Positions 29,934 to 38,757 of a DNA stretch of 40,026 nt are shown here, piece by piece; the first letter of the stretch is position 1; every line of letters begins with the position of its first letter. The notes beneath the pieces are model-generated. The model was not told the DNA's origin, did no database searches, and worked only from the letters and a program-made list of their open reading frames with translations. Made by a program: the position numbers and the translations under genes. The stretch comes from a candidate division WOR-3 bacterium. Lineage in GTDB: Bacteria; Hydrothermota; UBA3072; B12-G15. The stretch lies in NCBI GenBank assembly GCA_965649055.1, contig CBFGJG010000007.1:1-40026 (forward strand), read 5' to 3'.

Positions 29934-30728
29934 ATGTTAACTGCAATAATAACAATGGGTTTTATAAGCATTGCTTTCGGGCTATTTCTCACATATGTTG
30001 GTAAGAAATTCCGTGTGGAAGTTGACCCGAAGCTTGCTGCGATAAAGGATACCTTACCGGGTGCAAACTGTGGTGGATGTGGATTCCCTGGTTGTGAGAA
30101 ATTCGCAGAAGAGGTTTTTAAAGGGAATGCACCTGTATCCGGATGCACTGTCGGTGGAAGCAGTGTTGCTGAGAAGATAGGAAAAATCCTTGGGAAGGAA
30201 GTAGGTCTTGCAGTCCAAAAAATAGCGGTTGTTCAATGCCTCGGGGACAAGAATACTGCAAAAAGAATCTCTGAATATACAAATGATATAAATTCCTGTT
30301 CTGCCCTTGACCTTCTTGGTGGTGATAAAGGTTGTATGTACGGATGTCTTGGTCTTGGTGATTGTGTCAAAGTATGTCTTTTTGATGCTATTAAAATGGG
30401 AGAGAATGGTCTACCTGTAATAGACGAAGAAAAATGCACTGCATGTGGTGCATGTGTTAAAGCCTGCCCGAGAAAGATTATATCTCTGATACCTAAAACA
30501 CAGAAGATTTATCTTGGCTGTGTCTCACCCGAGAGGGGAACGGATGTTTCGAAGGTTTGCACAAAGGGATGTATTGGATGCAGCCTCTGTTCAAGGGTAG
30601 TCCCGGAAGGGATGATTGTTATGGATGGATACCTGCCGAGGATACAGATTGATAAAATTGATGAATATGAAAAAATAAACCCTGCTGTTGAAAAATGTCC
30701 ACCAAAAACATTTGTGGTAAGAGGTTAA
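29934..30728 (+). CDS. rnfB: Rnf electron transport complex subunit B
   Basis: N-terminal TM, LPGANCGGCGFPGC, GCLGLGDC, CTACGACVKACP, GCIGCSLC. Confidence 0.92.
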   Translation: MLTAIITMGFISIAFGLFLTYVGKKFRVEVDPKLAAIKDTLPGANCGGCGFPGCEKFAEEVFKGNAPVSGCTVGGSSVAEKIGKILGKEVGLAVQKIAVVQCLGDKNTAKRISEYTNDINSCSALDLLGGDKGCMYGCLGLGDCVKVCLFDAIKMGENGLPVIDEEKCTACGACVKACPRKIISLIPKTQKIYLGCVSPERGTDVSKVCTKGCIGCSLCSRVVPEGMIVMDGYLPRIQIDKIDEYEKINPAVEKCPPKTFVVRG

Positions 30729-30729
30729 T

Positions 30730-31542
30730 ATGTGGAGATATTTAATACATACTGAGAATTTTTCAATACCTATGTTCGGTGTTATGGCTGTTATTGCGTT
30801 CCTTATAGGTTATTACATAGTGAGAAGGGAAGCAAAAAAAGAAGATATTCCAATGCAGAAGATAGAAAGCCTTGCCTTCTGGATATTGATAGGTGTATTG
30901 ATAGGTGGAAGGATATGGTATGTGCTTGAGATGTGGAGTTATTACAGAGAAAATGTTGGTGAGATTTTCAGGTTCTGGGAAGGTGGTCTTGTATTCTATG
31001 GTGGATTTATCGGTGGATTTATCGGTGGATTATTGTATCTTAAAATATCAAAGTTAGATTTTTCAAGGACTTCAGATATATTTGCCTTAGCATTACCACT
31101 TGTTCTTGCAATTGGAAGGATTGGATGCTTTTTAAATGGATGTTGTTTTGGTAAAGAGACAAAATCATTTATAGGCGTATGTTTCCCCAAAAAATGGTTC
31201 CCACCAGCATATATATCACAGATTGACAGGCATCTTATCAATATGGGTGCAGAAAAATCCCTACCAGTGATACCAACACAACTTTTTTCATCTTTTCTAT
31301 TAATTGCAATCTTTGTTTTGATATTCTTATTGAGAAAAAAGAAACCTTATAATGGATTTTTATTCCATCTTTTTTTGGGTCTTTATGGAATAAAAAGATT
31401 CTCCATTGATTTCTTCAGACATTATGAAGGGAATGCTTTGATATTCAAGGTTCTTTCATTATCGCAGATTTTAAGTATAATACTTATTATTTTAAGTGTT
31501 GTATTAATTACATTAAACTTATTGAAGCTTAAAAAGCAATAG
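30730..31542 (+). CDS. lgt: Prolipoprotein diacylglyceryl transferase
   Basis: IGGRIWYV, WEGGLVFYGG, IGRIGCFLNGCCFG, PTQL, RFSIDFFR. Confidence 0.95.
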   Translation: MWRYLIHTENFSIPMFGVMAVIAFLIGYYIVRREAKKEDIPMQKIESLAFWILIGVLIGGRIWYVLEMWSYYRENVGEIFRFWEGGLVFYGGFIGGFIGGLLYLKISKLDFSRTSDIFALALPLVLAIGRIGCFLNGCCFGKETKSFIGVCFPKKWFPPAYISQIDRHLINMGAEKSLPVIPTQLFSSFLLIAIFVLIFLLRKKKPYNGFLFHLFLGLYGIKRFSIDFFRHYEGNALIFKVLSLSQILSIILIILSVVLITLNLLKLKKQ

Positions 31543-31545
31543 AAA

Positions 31546-32280
31546 TTATTCGGCATTGAGATAGAAATATAAACTTTCAGCAATCATACTTCCAAATAGA
31601 CCAACACCACCGGTAACACCACATCTTAAAACCTTATCTTCGAATGTATTTGAATAATAATATTCATAGAAATTTTTATCTACCTTAAAAACCTTAATCT
31701 TATATATGCCCGATTCTCCAAAAATGAGATCTTTTAAAGATAGTTTCCTATCAAATGTCCATTGCTCTGTAGATCTTCCATCTTCAAAATACGTTTCAAT
31801 ATAATAAAGCTGTTCATCTATTGACAAATCATTTATTGTCAATGTGTCATTTATATCAATGGTATCACCATTTAAAGGATATAGAATCGAGAATGAAGAA
31901 GGGATAATTGTCTTACCGAATAATGTATCAAGATAAAGTGTATCTTTGTATCTTGCGGTGACAACAAGACTGCATAAAGAACCCGGTAATATGCTGAAAT
32001 TTCCCTTTGTGATATAGATTCCAAGTGTCTCGCTTGTTGAGTCCTGAACAGCCAGTGTTTCTGATATAATAGAATCACTTGTTATTGAATAAAGAATGAT
32101 ATTAATATCTTTAAGGTCGTATCTTGAAATCTCGTCTATCCTGTAAGTTCTTCCTATCCTTATCTTCTGAATATTCTTATCGTTTCTTAAAATACAATGA
32201 ACATTAATTTCGGGTTCGTAATCAAAAACATATTCTTTGCAGGAAAAAAATACGATAACAAGAATAAAAAATCTCTTCAT
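31546..32280 (-). CDS. DUF4249-like lipoprotein partner of the TonB-dependent receptor
   Basis: FFSC lipobox, C-terminal VTGGVGLFGS, coupled to the receptor gene. Confidence 0.75.
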   Translation of the reverse strand: MKRFFILVIVFFSCKEYVFDYEPEINVHCILRNDKNIQKIRIGRTYRIDEISRYDLKDINIILYSITSDSIISETLAVQDSTSETLGIYITKGNFSILPGSLCSLVVTARYKDTLYLDTLFGKTIIPSSFSILYPLNGDTIDINDTLTINDLSIDEQLYYIETYFEDGRSTEQWTFDRKLSLKDLIFGESGIYKIKVFKVDKNFYEYYYSNTFEDKVLRCGVTGGVGLFGSMIAESLYFYLNAE

Positions 32281-34562
32281 TAAAACCTCACATTAATACC
32301 AAAAGAAGGTATCATTATTGGTAATATAGAATATCCAATCTTCCTTGGAGGGTCTAATGTTTCACCTGTGTATGGATCTATGTATTCATATGAATAGAAT
32401 AATATATTCTTCCTTGAATAAACATTCATTATATCAAGATACCAGCCACCTTTCAAAGAAAATATCTTTATGTCTTTTTCAATATGCATATCAAGCCTGT
32501 GCGAAACAGGCAATCTTGAACAATCCCTTGGCCCTTTTATATAAAACCATAATTCATATTCTTCTTCATTTTGATTAATATCATAGAAGAATTTATATCT
32601 CCCGATCTCTTCACTATAGGGAAGACCTGAACCCAAGTAGAATCTAAAATCGATCTTTGCATTACCAAAAAATGAAATGAAAGAAGGGATTTTATAACCA
32701 TAAATGATATTTAATGTATGCCTTCTGTCATATCTCGGGAAATATGATAGTGTATCTATAACCCTTCTTGTCCATCCAAAAGTATAACTTAACCAGAATA
32801 CATGGTTTCCAAGTTCTTTCTTAAAGAATATGTCAAATCCAGTTGAATATCCATTACCATTTGTTAACGATTCCGAAGGAACACTGAAAAACATATAATC
32901 TGTTTTGGGAAGGATAAAGTTATAGTATTTCTTAAAATATCCTTCAATGTTAAAAAGGGATGTTTCATCTATCCATTTTTCAATCCCGATAATAAAATGA
33001 TAACTTACAGGCGCAGGATGTAGAGAATCAACAGGACGCCAGAGGTCAAACAGTGAAAAGTAAGATTCCTGGCTTGTAATTGTAGTAATGAATTGATTGT
33101 ATTTACCTAAAGCAATATTGAATGTAGAATTTTCAGTTAATCTGTATTTTAGTCCAAATCTTGGATTAAAATACAATCTTCCGATATTTTTAAATGGCGG
33201 TATATAATATATAAATCTTATACCGGGTTGGATAAAGAAAACAGGTTTTATAAGGAACCATTTATCCTGAAGGTATAAAGAAAAAGATTTTGAACTCTGC
33301 GAGGGTGTTTTAAATGTTCCAACACTCACACCCCATTCCTGATTTATTTTTGGAACTTCACATTGAAGTCCAAAATCAAAAAGATGTTTCTCATCAAAGA
33401 TATATGAGAAGTTTGAATTAAGGTTGAAACTTTTTATCTCTTCAAAGAGATGGATATCGTTACCAGGATTGGATAAATCTTTAGCATTGAAATGTGTAAA
33501 GAAATTGCTGTAAACAGAGACAATATCACCATATAATTTTTCAGTTATAACCCTTCTCCATCTCAAAGATGCACCGCGATTACCCCAGTTTATATTAACT
33601 TTCATATTTGAAACATCGTCCTCAGCATCAAAATTCAAAACATCAACACCACCAAAGATTGTGAGTGTAAATCTGTTATCAAGGGAAGGAACAAAATTCA
33701 CTTTTGAAATAAGGTCATAGAAATAATAAGGGAATGAGATTTTTACACCTTTATATGTTGTATATAACCAGGCAAGTGCATCAAAATAAGTCCTTCTTCC
33801 ACTTATAAGGAAAGAACCTTTAGGTATTGGACCTTCAAAAAGAATCTTTGATGTGATAAGCCCGATACTTCCCTGGAATTGGAATCTCTTTGAATTTCCT
33901 TCTTTTGTTGTAACTTCAAGGACAGAAGAAAGCCTGTCTCCATATTTTGCAGGGAATCCACCAAGATGTATCTCTGCTTCGGAAACTGCATCTGGCTGGA
34001 AGGTTGAGAAAAGACCAAAAAGATGTGTTGAAGGATTGTATATAATTATTCCGTCAAGCAGAACAAGATTTTCGTCAGGGCTCCCACCCCTTACAAAAAG
34101 TTTATTTGATAACTCATGCATACTTGTAATACCGGGAAGTATCTCTATTGCTTTAAGAAGGTCATTCTCAAAGAATGTTGGAACTGACTTTATCTCTGCC
34201 TGTGTTATTCTTTTCTGGCTTATATTAATAGTCTTTTCAAAAACCTCCCTTTTTGAAGTGATTGTAATACCTGAAAGTTCAATCTCTTTCGGTTTAAGTT
34301 CCACATTTATTGTGATTGTTTTTCCTTCAACAATGTTTATTTCCTCTATCTTCTCTTCATATCCTATATATGAAACGATGAGCCTGTATTTACCCGGAGC
34401 AATATTTGGAAGATAATAATATCCTTTATTATCTGATGCTGTTCCGATATTTGTCCCTTCAAGGACTATATTCGCATATGGTAATTTCTCACCATTTGAT
34501 GCATCTGTTATGAAACCTTTTATATTTCCATATTGGGAAAAAACAAAATATATTAATATCAT
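32280..34562 (-). CDS. TonB-dependent receptor with N-terminal carboxypeptidase-regulatory-like domain
   Basis: IKGFITDASNGEKLPYANI, VSYIGY, VRGGSPDEN, GGFPAKYGDRLSSV, C-terminal F. Confidence 0.92.
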   Translation of the reverse strand: MILIYFVFSQYGNIKGFITDASNGEKLPYANIVLEGTNIGTASDNKGYYYLPNIAPGKYRLIVSYIGYEEKIEEINIVEGKTITINVELKPKEIELSGITITSKREVFEKTINISQKRITQAEIKSVPTFFENDLLKAIEILPGITSMHELSNKLFVRGGSPDENLVLLDGIIIYNPSTHLFGLFSTFQPDAVSEAEIHLGGFPAKYGDRLSSVLEVTTKEGNSKRFQFQGSIGLITSKILFEGPIPKGSFLISGRRTYFDALAWLYTTYKGVKISFPYYFYDLISKVNFVPSLDNRFTLTIFGGVDVLNFDAEDDVSNMKVNINWGNRGASLRWRRVITEKLYGDIVSVYSNFFTHFNAKDLSNPGNDIHLFEEIKSFNLNSNFSYIFDEKHLFDFGLQCEVPKINQEWGVSVGTFKTPSQSSKSFSLYLQDKWFLIKPVFFIQPGIRFIYYIPPFKNIGRLYFNPRFGLKYRLTENSTFNIALGKYNQFITTITSQESYFSLFDLWRPVDSLHPAPVSYHFIIGIEKWIDETSLFNIEGYFKKYYNFILPKTDYMFFSVPSESLTNGNGYSTGFDIFFKKELGNHVFWLSYTFGWTRRVIDTLSYFPRYDRRHTLNIIYGYKIPSFISFFGNAKIDFRFYLGSGLPYSEEIGRYKFFYDINQNEEEYELWFYIKGPRDCSRLPVSHRLDMHIEKDIKIFSLKGGWYLDIMNVYSRKNILFYSYEYIDPYTGETLDPPRKIGYSILPIMIPSFGINVRF

Positions 34563-34568
34563 TGATTT

Positions 34569-34596
34569 ATTATATTTAAATGAGAGAAAAAATCAA
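34569..34596 (-). promoter_or_regulatory. TonB receptor promoter, probably leaderless
   Basis: TTGATT-N16-TATAAT-N6-ATG, no SD. Confidence 0.65.
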
Positions 34597-34603
34597 TGAA
34601 TTT

Positions 34604-35281
34604 CTAACCTGTTAACTTATTTCCACACTCACCACAGAATCTTGTTCCAGCAGGGCTTTTCGCACCACATTTAGGACAGACTATGAGTGATAATGGAGCA
34701 CCACAATTATTACAGAATTTTCCTTCACCTGCCGGTTTTCCACATTTTGGACAAATTGTCTGTTTACTCTCTATTTCACCTGTGAATACCTGTGTTTTTG
34801 AAGCCTTCTCCTTGATATCCTGAACTGCCTTTTCTGCTTTAGCAGCTGCAACTTCTACACTTATTCTTGGAGCACAGGAAACACATAAACCTTCCTGTTC
34901 ATTGAAATCATTCTCGCATACCCATTTGGTGCATCTTGGGCAGCGATGAAAATGCTGTTTTGCTTCATTCTGTGCCTCTTCAAATGCTTTCTCATGTTCT
35001 TTATGCCACTCAGGTGACATACCTTTGAATCTCTCACTTATAACATCTGTTGCCCTTTCAGTTCCATATCCAATATTATATTTTCCTGTAATCTGTGTTG
35101 CTGCACTTATCAGGCCACCAAGACCTTTTAATAATTTACCTTTCTTATATGTCTTTGATTCTATAAACCTTGTTTTATAACCTTCCCTGCATATATCACA
35201 ATAGAATGTGAACTGGAATCCGGACTCTGTGCTGTTATCTGCAAAATTATCAGTAAACCCTATAAGTTTACCATTACCCAT
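34604..35281 (-). CDS. Zinc-ribbon protein with C-terminal double zinc ribbon
   Basis: Multiple CxxC pairs; CPKCG...KFCNNCG...CPKCG...RFCGECG. Confidence 0.85.
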   Translation of the reverse strand: MGNGKLIGFTDNFADNSTESGFQFTFYCDICREGYKTRFIESKTYKKGKLLKGLGGLISAATQITGKYNIGYGTERATDVISERFKGMSPEWHKEHEKAFEEAQNEAKQHFHRCPRCTKWVCENDFNEQEGLCVSCAPRISVEVAAAKAEKAVQDIKEKASKTQVFTGEIESKQTICPKCGKPAGEGKFCNNCGAPLSLIVCPKCGAKSPAGTRFCGECGNKLTG

Positions 35282-35290
35282 TTTACCTCC

Positions 35291-35620
35291 TTATTTTAAT
35301 GGTTTGCCACACTTAATACAATTTTCACTTATAGGTGGCTGTTCTTCCTTACACTTTGGATTTTTACATACTACAATAAGCCTTTTATCGCAATGTTCGC
35401 AATAATCACCAAAGAAGGTTTTTTTGTTACAATACGGACAGTTTATTTCTAATAAAAGACCACAATGACTGCAATTCTTATGTGTCCTCTCAATAGGATT
35501 TCTGCATTTTGGGCATCTTAAAGGACCAACAGGATTAACTTTACCGCAGAAAGGACAGACATTTGCATCTGATTCAACCAAATTGTCACAATATCTACAG
35601 GGATGTTTGTATCCAGGCAT
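35291..35620 (-). CDS. Small multi-zinc-ribbon protein
   Basis: Eight Cys pairs in 109 aa; GGAGG RBS. Confidence 0.85.
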   Translation of the reverse strand: MPGYKHPCRYCDNLVESDANVCPFCGKVNPVGPLRCPKCRNPIERTHKNCSHCGLLLEINCPYCNKKTFFGDYCEHCDKRLIVVCKNPKCKEEQPPISENCIKCGKPLK

Positions 35621-35633
35621 TAAGCCTCCTTAT

Positions 35634-36050
35634 TTATTCAGAAATAAAAACTGAATATGTTCTTTTCACTCCATACGCTTCAACATAAAGTTCAATATTG
35701 CCATAGGTAGTTTTTAAAGCAGTAAGTATCACCTTAGAACCTGTTTCAGGTTCTATTTTCAAGACTTCAGGAAGATTCGTTGACCATTTTGGATTTACCC
35801 ACAAATAATTTCCTTTTAAATCCTTTCCCCACGCTGTTAACATTACTTTACCACCTATTCCTTTAATAGTTATTCCACCTTCAGCACTTGGTCCAGATTC
35901 ACCCAAAGAAAGGTCTCCAATATAGACATAGATAGAAGATAATACTATATCTTCTTTTTGAGTGCCATAACCTTGAACACTTCCAACACTCTTTCTAATG
36001 GCACATCCTGAAAAAAGAAATAAAATAAGAAAAAAAGATAATCTTTTCAT
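35634..36050 (-). CDS. Lipoprotein with a possible Ig-like domain
   Basis: LFSGC lipobox; PKWSTN...LKIEP beta-rich tail. Confidence 0.75.
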   Translation of the reverse strand: MKRLSFFLILFLFSGCAIRKSVGSVQGYGTQKEDIVLSSIYVYIGDLSLGESGPSAEGGITIKGIGGKVMLTAWGKDLKGNYLWVNPKWSTNLPEVLKIEPETGSKVILTALKTTYGNIELYVEAYGVKRTYSVFISE

Positions 36051-36062
36051 ATTTTCCTCCTT

Positions 36063-37382
36063 TTATTCTTTTTGCCATTTTAAGGCATCTTCTTTTGAAG
36101 ATATGTTAAATCTTAATAGTGATTGAACATCTTCCTTCCATTGTTCAAAAGAACGATGGATAACCCTTCCTACGAAATTCTTCCTTATCTTTTGAAGTGC
36201 CGGAATCTTTTTAATCGCGAATAAATATTTTGTATATTGTGGTTGTAGTAATTTTTCGTCAGACAGATATATCGGTTCCCTCCTGAAATTTATTCCAAGC
36301 ATTGCTCTATTTATCTCCTTAATAAAATCATCTAATCTTAAAATAAATTCCTGTTCTTTTATATTATGGAATGAATTTCTTTCAACAACCTTGAAGAAAT
36401 AAGTTGCTTTCCCTTGTTCTTCACTTGATATTGATTCCATAGCAATAACATTACCACCTTCATTATCTTTTGTTTTATATATCGGAATCAAAAACCAGAT
36501 ATATTCTCCTGTCAGGTCTCCCAACAAACCCCTTTTAATTCCTATGCAGATTTTATTAGTTATGGAATTGGATTTTAGAAAATTGTATTCTTCTTTTATA
36601 TCCGATACTAATATCTTTTTTTCGAGTTCTCCCCAGATATCTTTTGATATTCCATCTATATCTTCTTTTTTGGCGCATTTCCCTTCTTTCATAATCTTTG
36701 ATAATCTTCTTATAAAAGATGAATTAACCGTTGGCAGCATTTCTTTAAGGTGTGTCTGAACTTTTAAACCAAGTTCATTCATAATATCAGAAAAAGTCTT
36801 TTTGAAAGGCTCCATTTCCTTTCCAAGATGTGAAAATATTATTTTTTCACCCCATTCTGTGGATATTGAAATACTCAATCCTTCGTCTTGGATATCCGAG
36901 ATATCACTATAAGGAATTCTTAATATATCCCCTTTCTCAGGTTTAATTACAAAACCTGTTTCAAATAAATCTATTTCACATTTACCTTTCATTTTTTCAT
37001 CATTTTTTTCGTCATAATATACAAGCTGTGCTTCAACATTGGATTTTATGATTTTTTCTTTCATCAGAAAATCTTTTAGAAGAATTTCATTTCTTATACG
37101 AGAGAGAATTCTTATAAAATCTTCAAATTTATAACCCAGGTTGAAAATTATTAACTTTTCAAGGTTTGTAAGTGTTATCTGAACTCTTTATTCAACTGGT
37201 GTAATATCAATTATATCTCTTAGATGAATATTGAAGGGTTCTGAAAATTTTGGTAGCAACGATAGATTTTCTTTGTCTATCTGAATTAGGGCATCACCCT
37301 TTTCATAAATACTACCTGTTGAATCTTCAAGGTTATAATTACAATTACATTCAAAAATTATTATTCTTTCTTCTTTTTCCAT
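36063..37382 (-). pseudogene. Single ~440-codon gene (tandem PH-like repeats) broken by an in-frame TAA at 37188-37190
   Basis: ORFs 37188-37394 and 36063-37064 are in frame and the 41 codons between them are open; GGAGG RBS before ATG 37382. Confidence 0.8.
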
Positions 37383-37398
37383 AATTCCCTCCATTAGA

Positions 37399-37426
37399 AT
37401 ATTAATAAAAAAAATATAAATGTCAA
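37399..37426 (-). promoter_or_regulatory. Promoter of the zinc-ribbon operon
   Basis: TTGACA-N16-TAATAT on the minus strand. Confidence 0.6.
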
Positions 37427-37477
37427 GTAATTAATTGGGGTCAGTCATAAAGTTTCAAGTTTTGTGAAAGAAAAGAA

Positions 37478-37877
37478 GAGATTCCCACGCCTTCCGAAGG
37501 AAGGCTCGGAATGACAAGAAGAAAGGCTGGGATTGCCACGTCGCTATGCGACTCGGAATGACAAAAGAGAAGATGATGGCAAACTTTCGGAATGACAAAG
37601 TGTAGAAGTCATTACGAGCATTGGGTCTTCTTACATAATTGCTATACCTAATGCGTGGTAATCTCAGGTGTTAAAAGGTGAGAAAAGAAGGGATTCCTAC
37701 GAGTTTGATAAGACAAGCAGGATGATGGCAAACTCTCGGAATGACAAAAAAATAAAGGAAGGCTCGGAATGACAAAACAGGCGTAATAACAAGCCTTCGG
37801 AATGACATCTTAAGATGTCAGATTGCCACGTCGCTATGCGACTCGGAATGACAAAAGAAGAAAACAGGGATTGCCAC
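37478..37877. repeat. Cluster of REP-like palindromic elements (GATTSCYACG-hairpin-CTCGGAATGACA)
   Basis: Seven TCGGAATGACA copies on +, one inverted copy at 37608-37665; 37531-37568 is identical to 37821-37858. Confidence 0.85.
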
Positions 37878-37893
37878 TTTTGACTAATTTATT

Positions 37894-38757
37894 TTAAACA
37901 CCATTCGGATATTTTAATGAAAGATACTCTTTTAATGCATCTTTCCAGTGTGGCATTATATTTATACCTTCTTTTTTTAAAACAGAGTTCTCAAGAACTG
38001 AATAAAATGGTCTTTTTACAAATTCATCAGGACTTGTTTTTCTTCTATTTATCTTAACCTTAACATTCAGGATTTCAAACACTGCATTTGCGAAATCAAA
38101 CCAGTTTGTTTCACCTTCACAGGTTGAATGTATTATCCCGTTAATCTTTCTTTTTATGATGAGATGGAGCTGTTTTGCTATGTAGTAAGTATATGTAGGG
38201 GTTAAGAACTGGTCGTCAACAATGGATAATTCTTCATTATTCTTATATTTTGAAATGATTAAATCAACGAAGTTCATTCCTTTTTTCATTACGCAAGGGT
38301 TTATGCCGTAAAGACCGGATACCCTTACAATAGCCCAGTCTTTAGCATAATTACGAACATATATCTCACCGACATATTTTGATATTGCATATGTGTTTAA
38401 AGGGTTTGGAATATCTTCTTCTGTATAAGGTTTGCCTTTCATTCCATCAAAAACATAATCTGTTGATATATGAATTAGATAAGATTTAATCTCGTTTGAA
38501 ATCAGAGATAAATCCTTCAAAGCATATCCATTTATCCTAAATGCTAAATCCTTATTTATCTCGCAATCCGGAACATTATGGTATGCAGCTGTGTTTATAA
38601 TTACATCAGGTTTTATATCCTTTAATTTATTAAGGTCTTCGGGAATCCCGATGTTTATATCTTCCATGTCAAGTGGGACAACATCAAATTCATTCTTTAA
38701 GACTTCTACTATGTCTTTCCCAAGCTGACCTTTGGCACCAAGGATAACAACCTTCAT
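37894..38757 (-). CDS. rfbD: dTDP-4-dehydrorhamnose reductase
   Basis: GAKGQLG, INTAAY, ISTDYVFDG, YAISK, DQFLTPT, KRPFYSVL. Confidence 0.93.
   Translation of the reverse strand: MKVVILGAKGQLGKDIVEVLKNEFDVVPLDMEDINIGIPEDLNKLKDIKPDVIINTAAYHNVPDCEINKDLAFRINGYALKDLSLISNEIKSYLIHISTDYVFDGMKGKPYTEEDIPNPLNTYAISKYVGEIYVRNYAKDWAIVRVSGLYGINPCVMKKGMNFVDLIISKYKNNEELSIVDDQFLTPTYTYYIAKQLHLIIKRKINGIIHSTCEGETNWFDFANAVFEILNVKVKINRRKTSPDEFVKRPFYSVLENSVLKKEGINIMPHWKDALKEYLSLKYPNGV

Noticed and set aside
31000..31031. 12-bp tandem repeat GGTGGATTTATC in lgt
   Set aside because: Encodes the ordinary GGFIGGFIGG helix of Lgt
37478..37877. CRISPR array
   Set aside because: Irregular period, mixed orientation, low-complexity linkers, variable repeat interiors and no cas genes in the window
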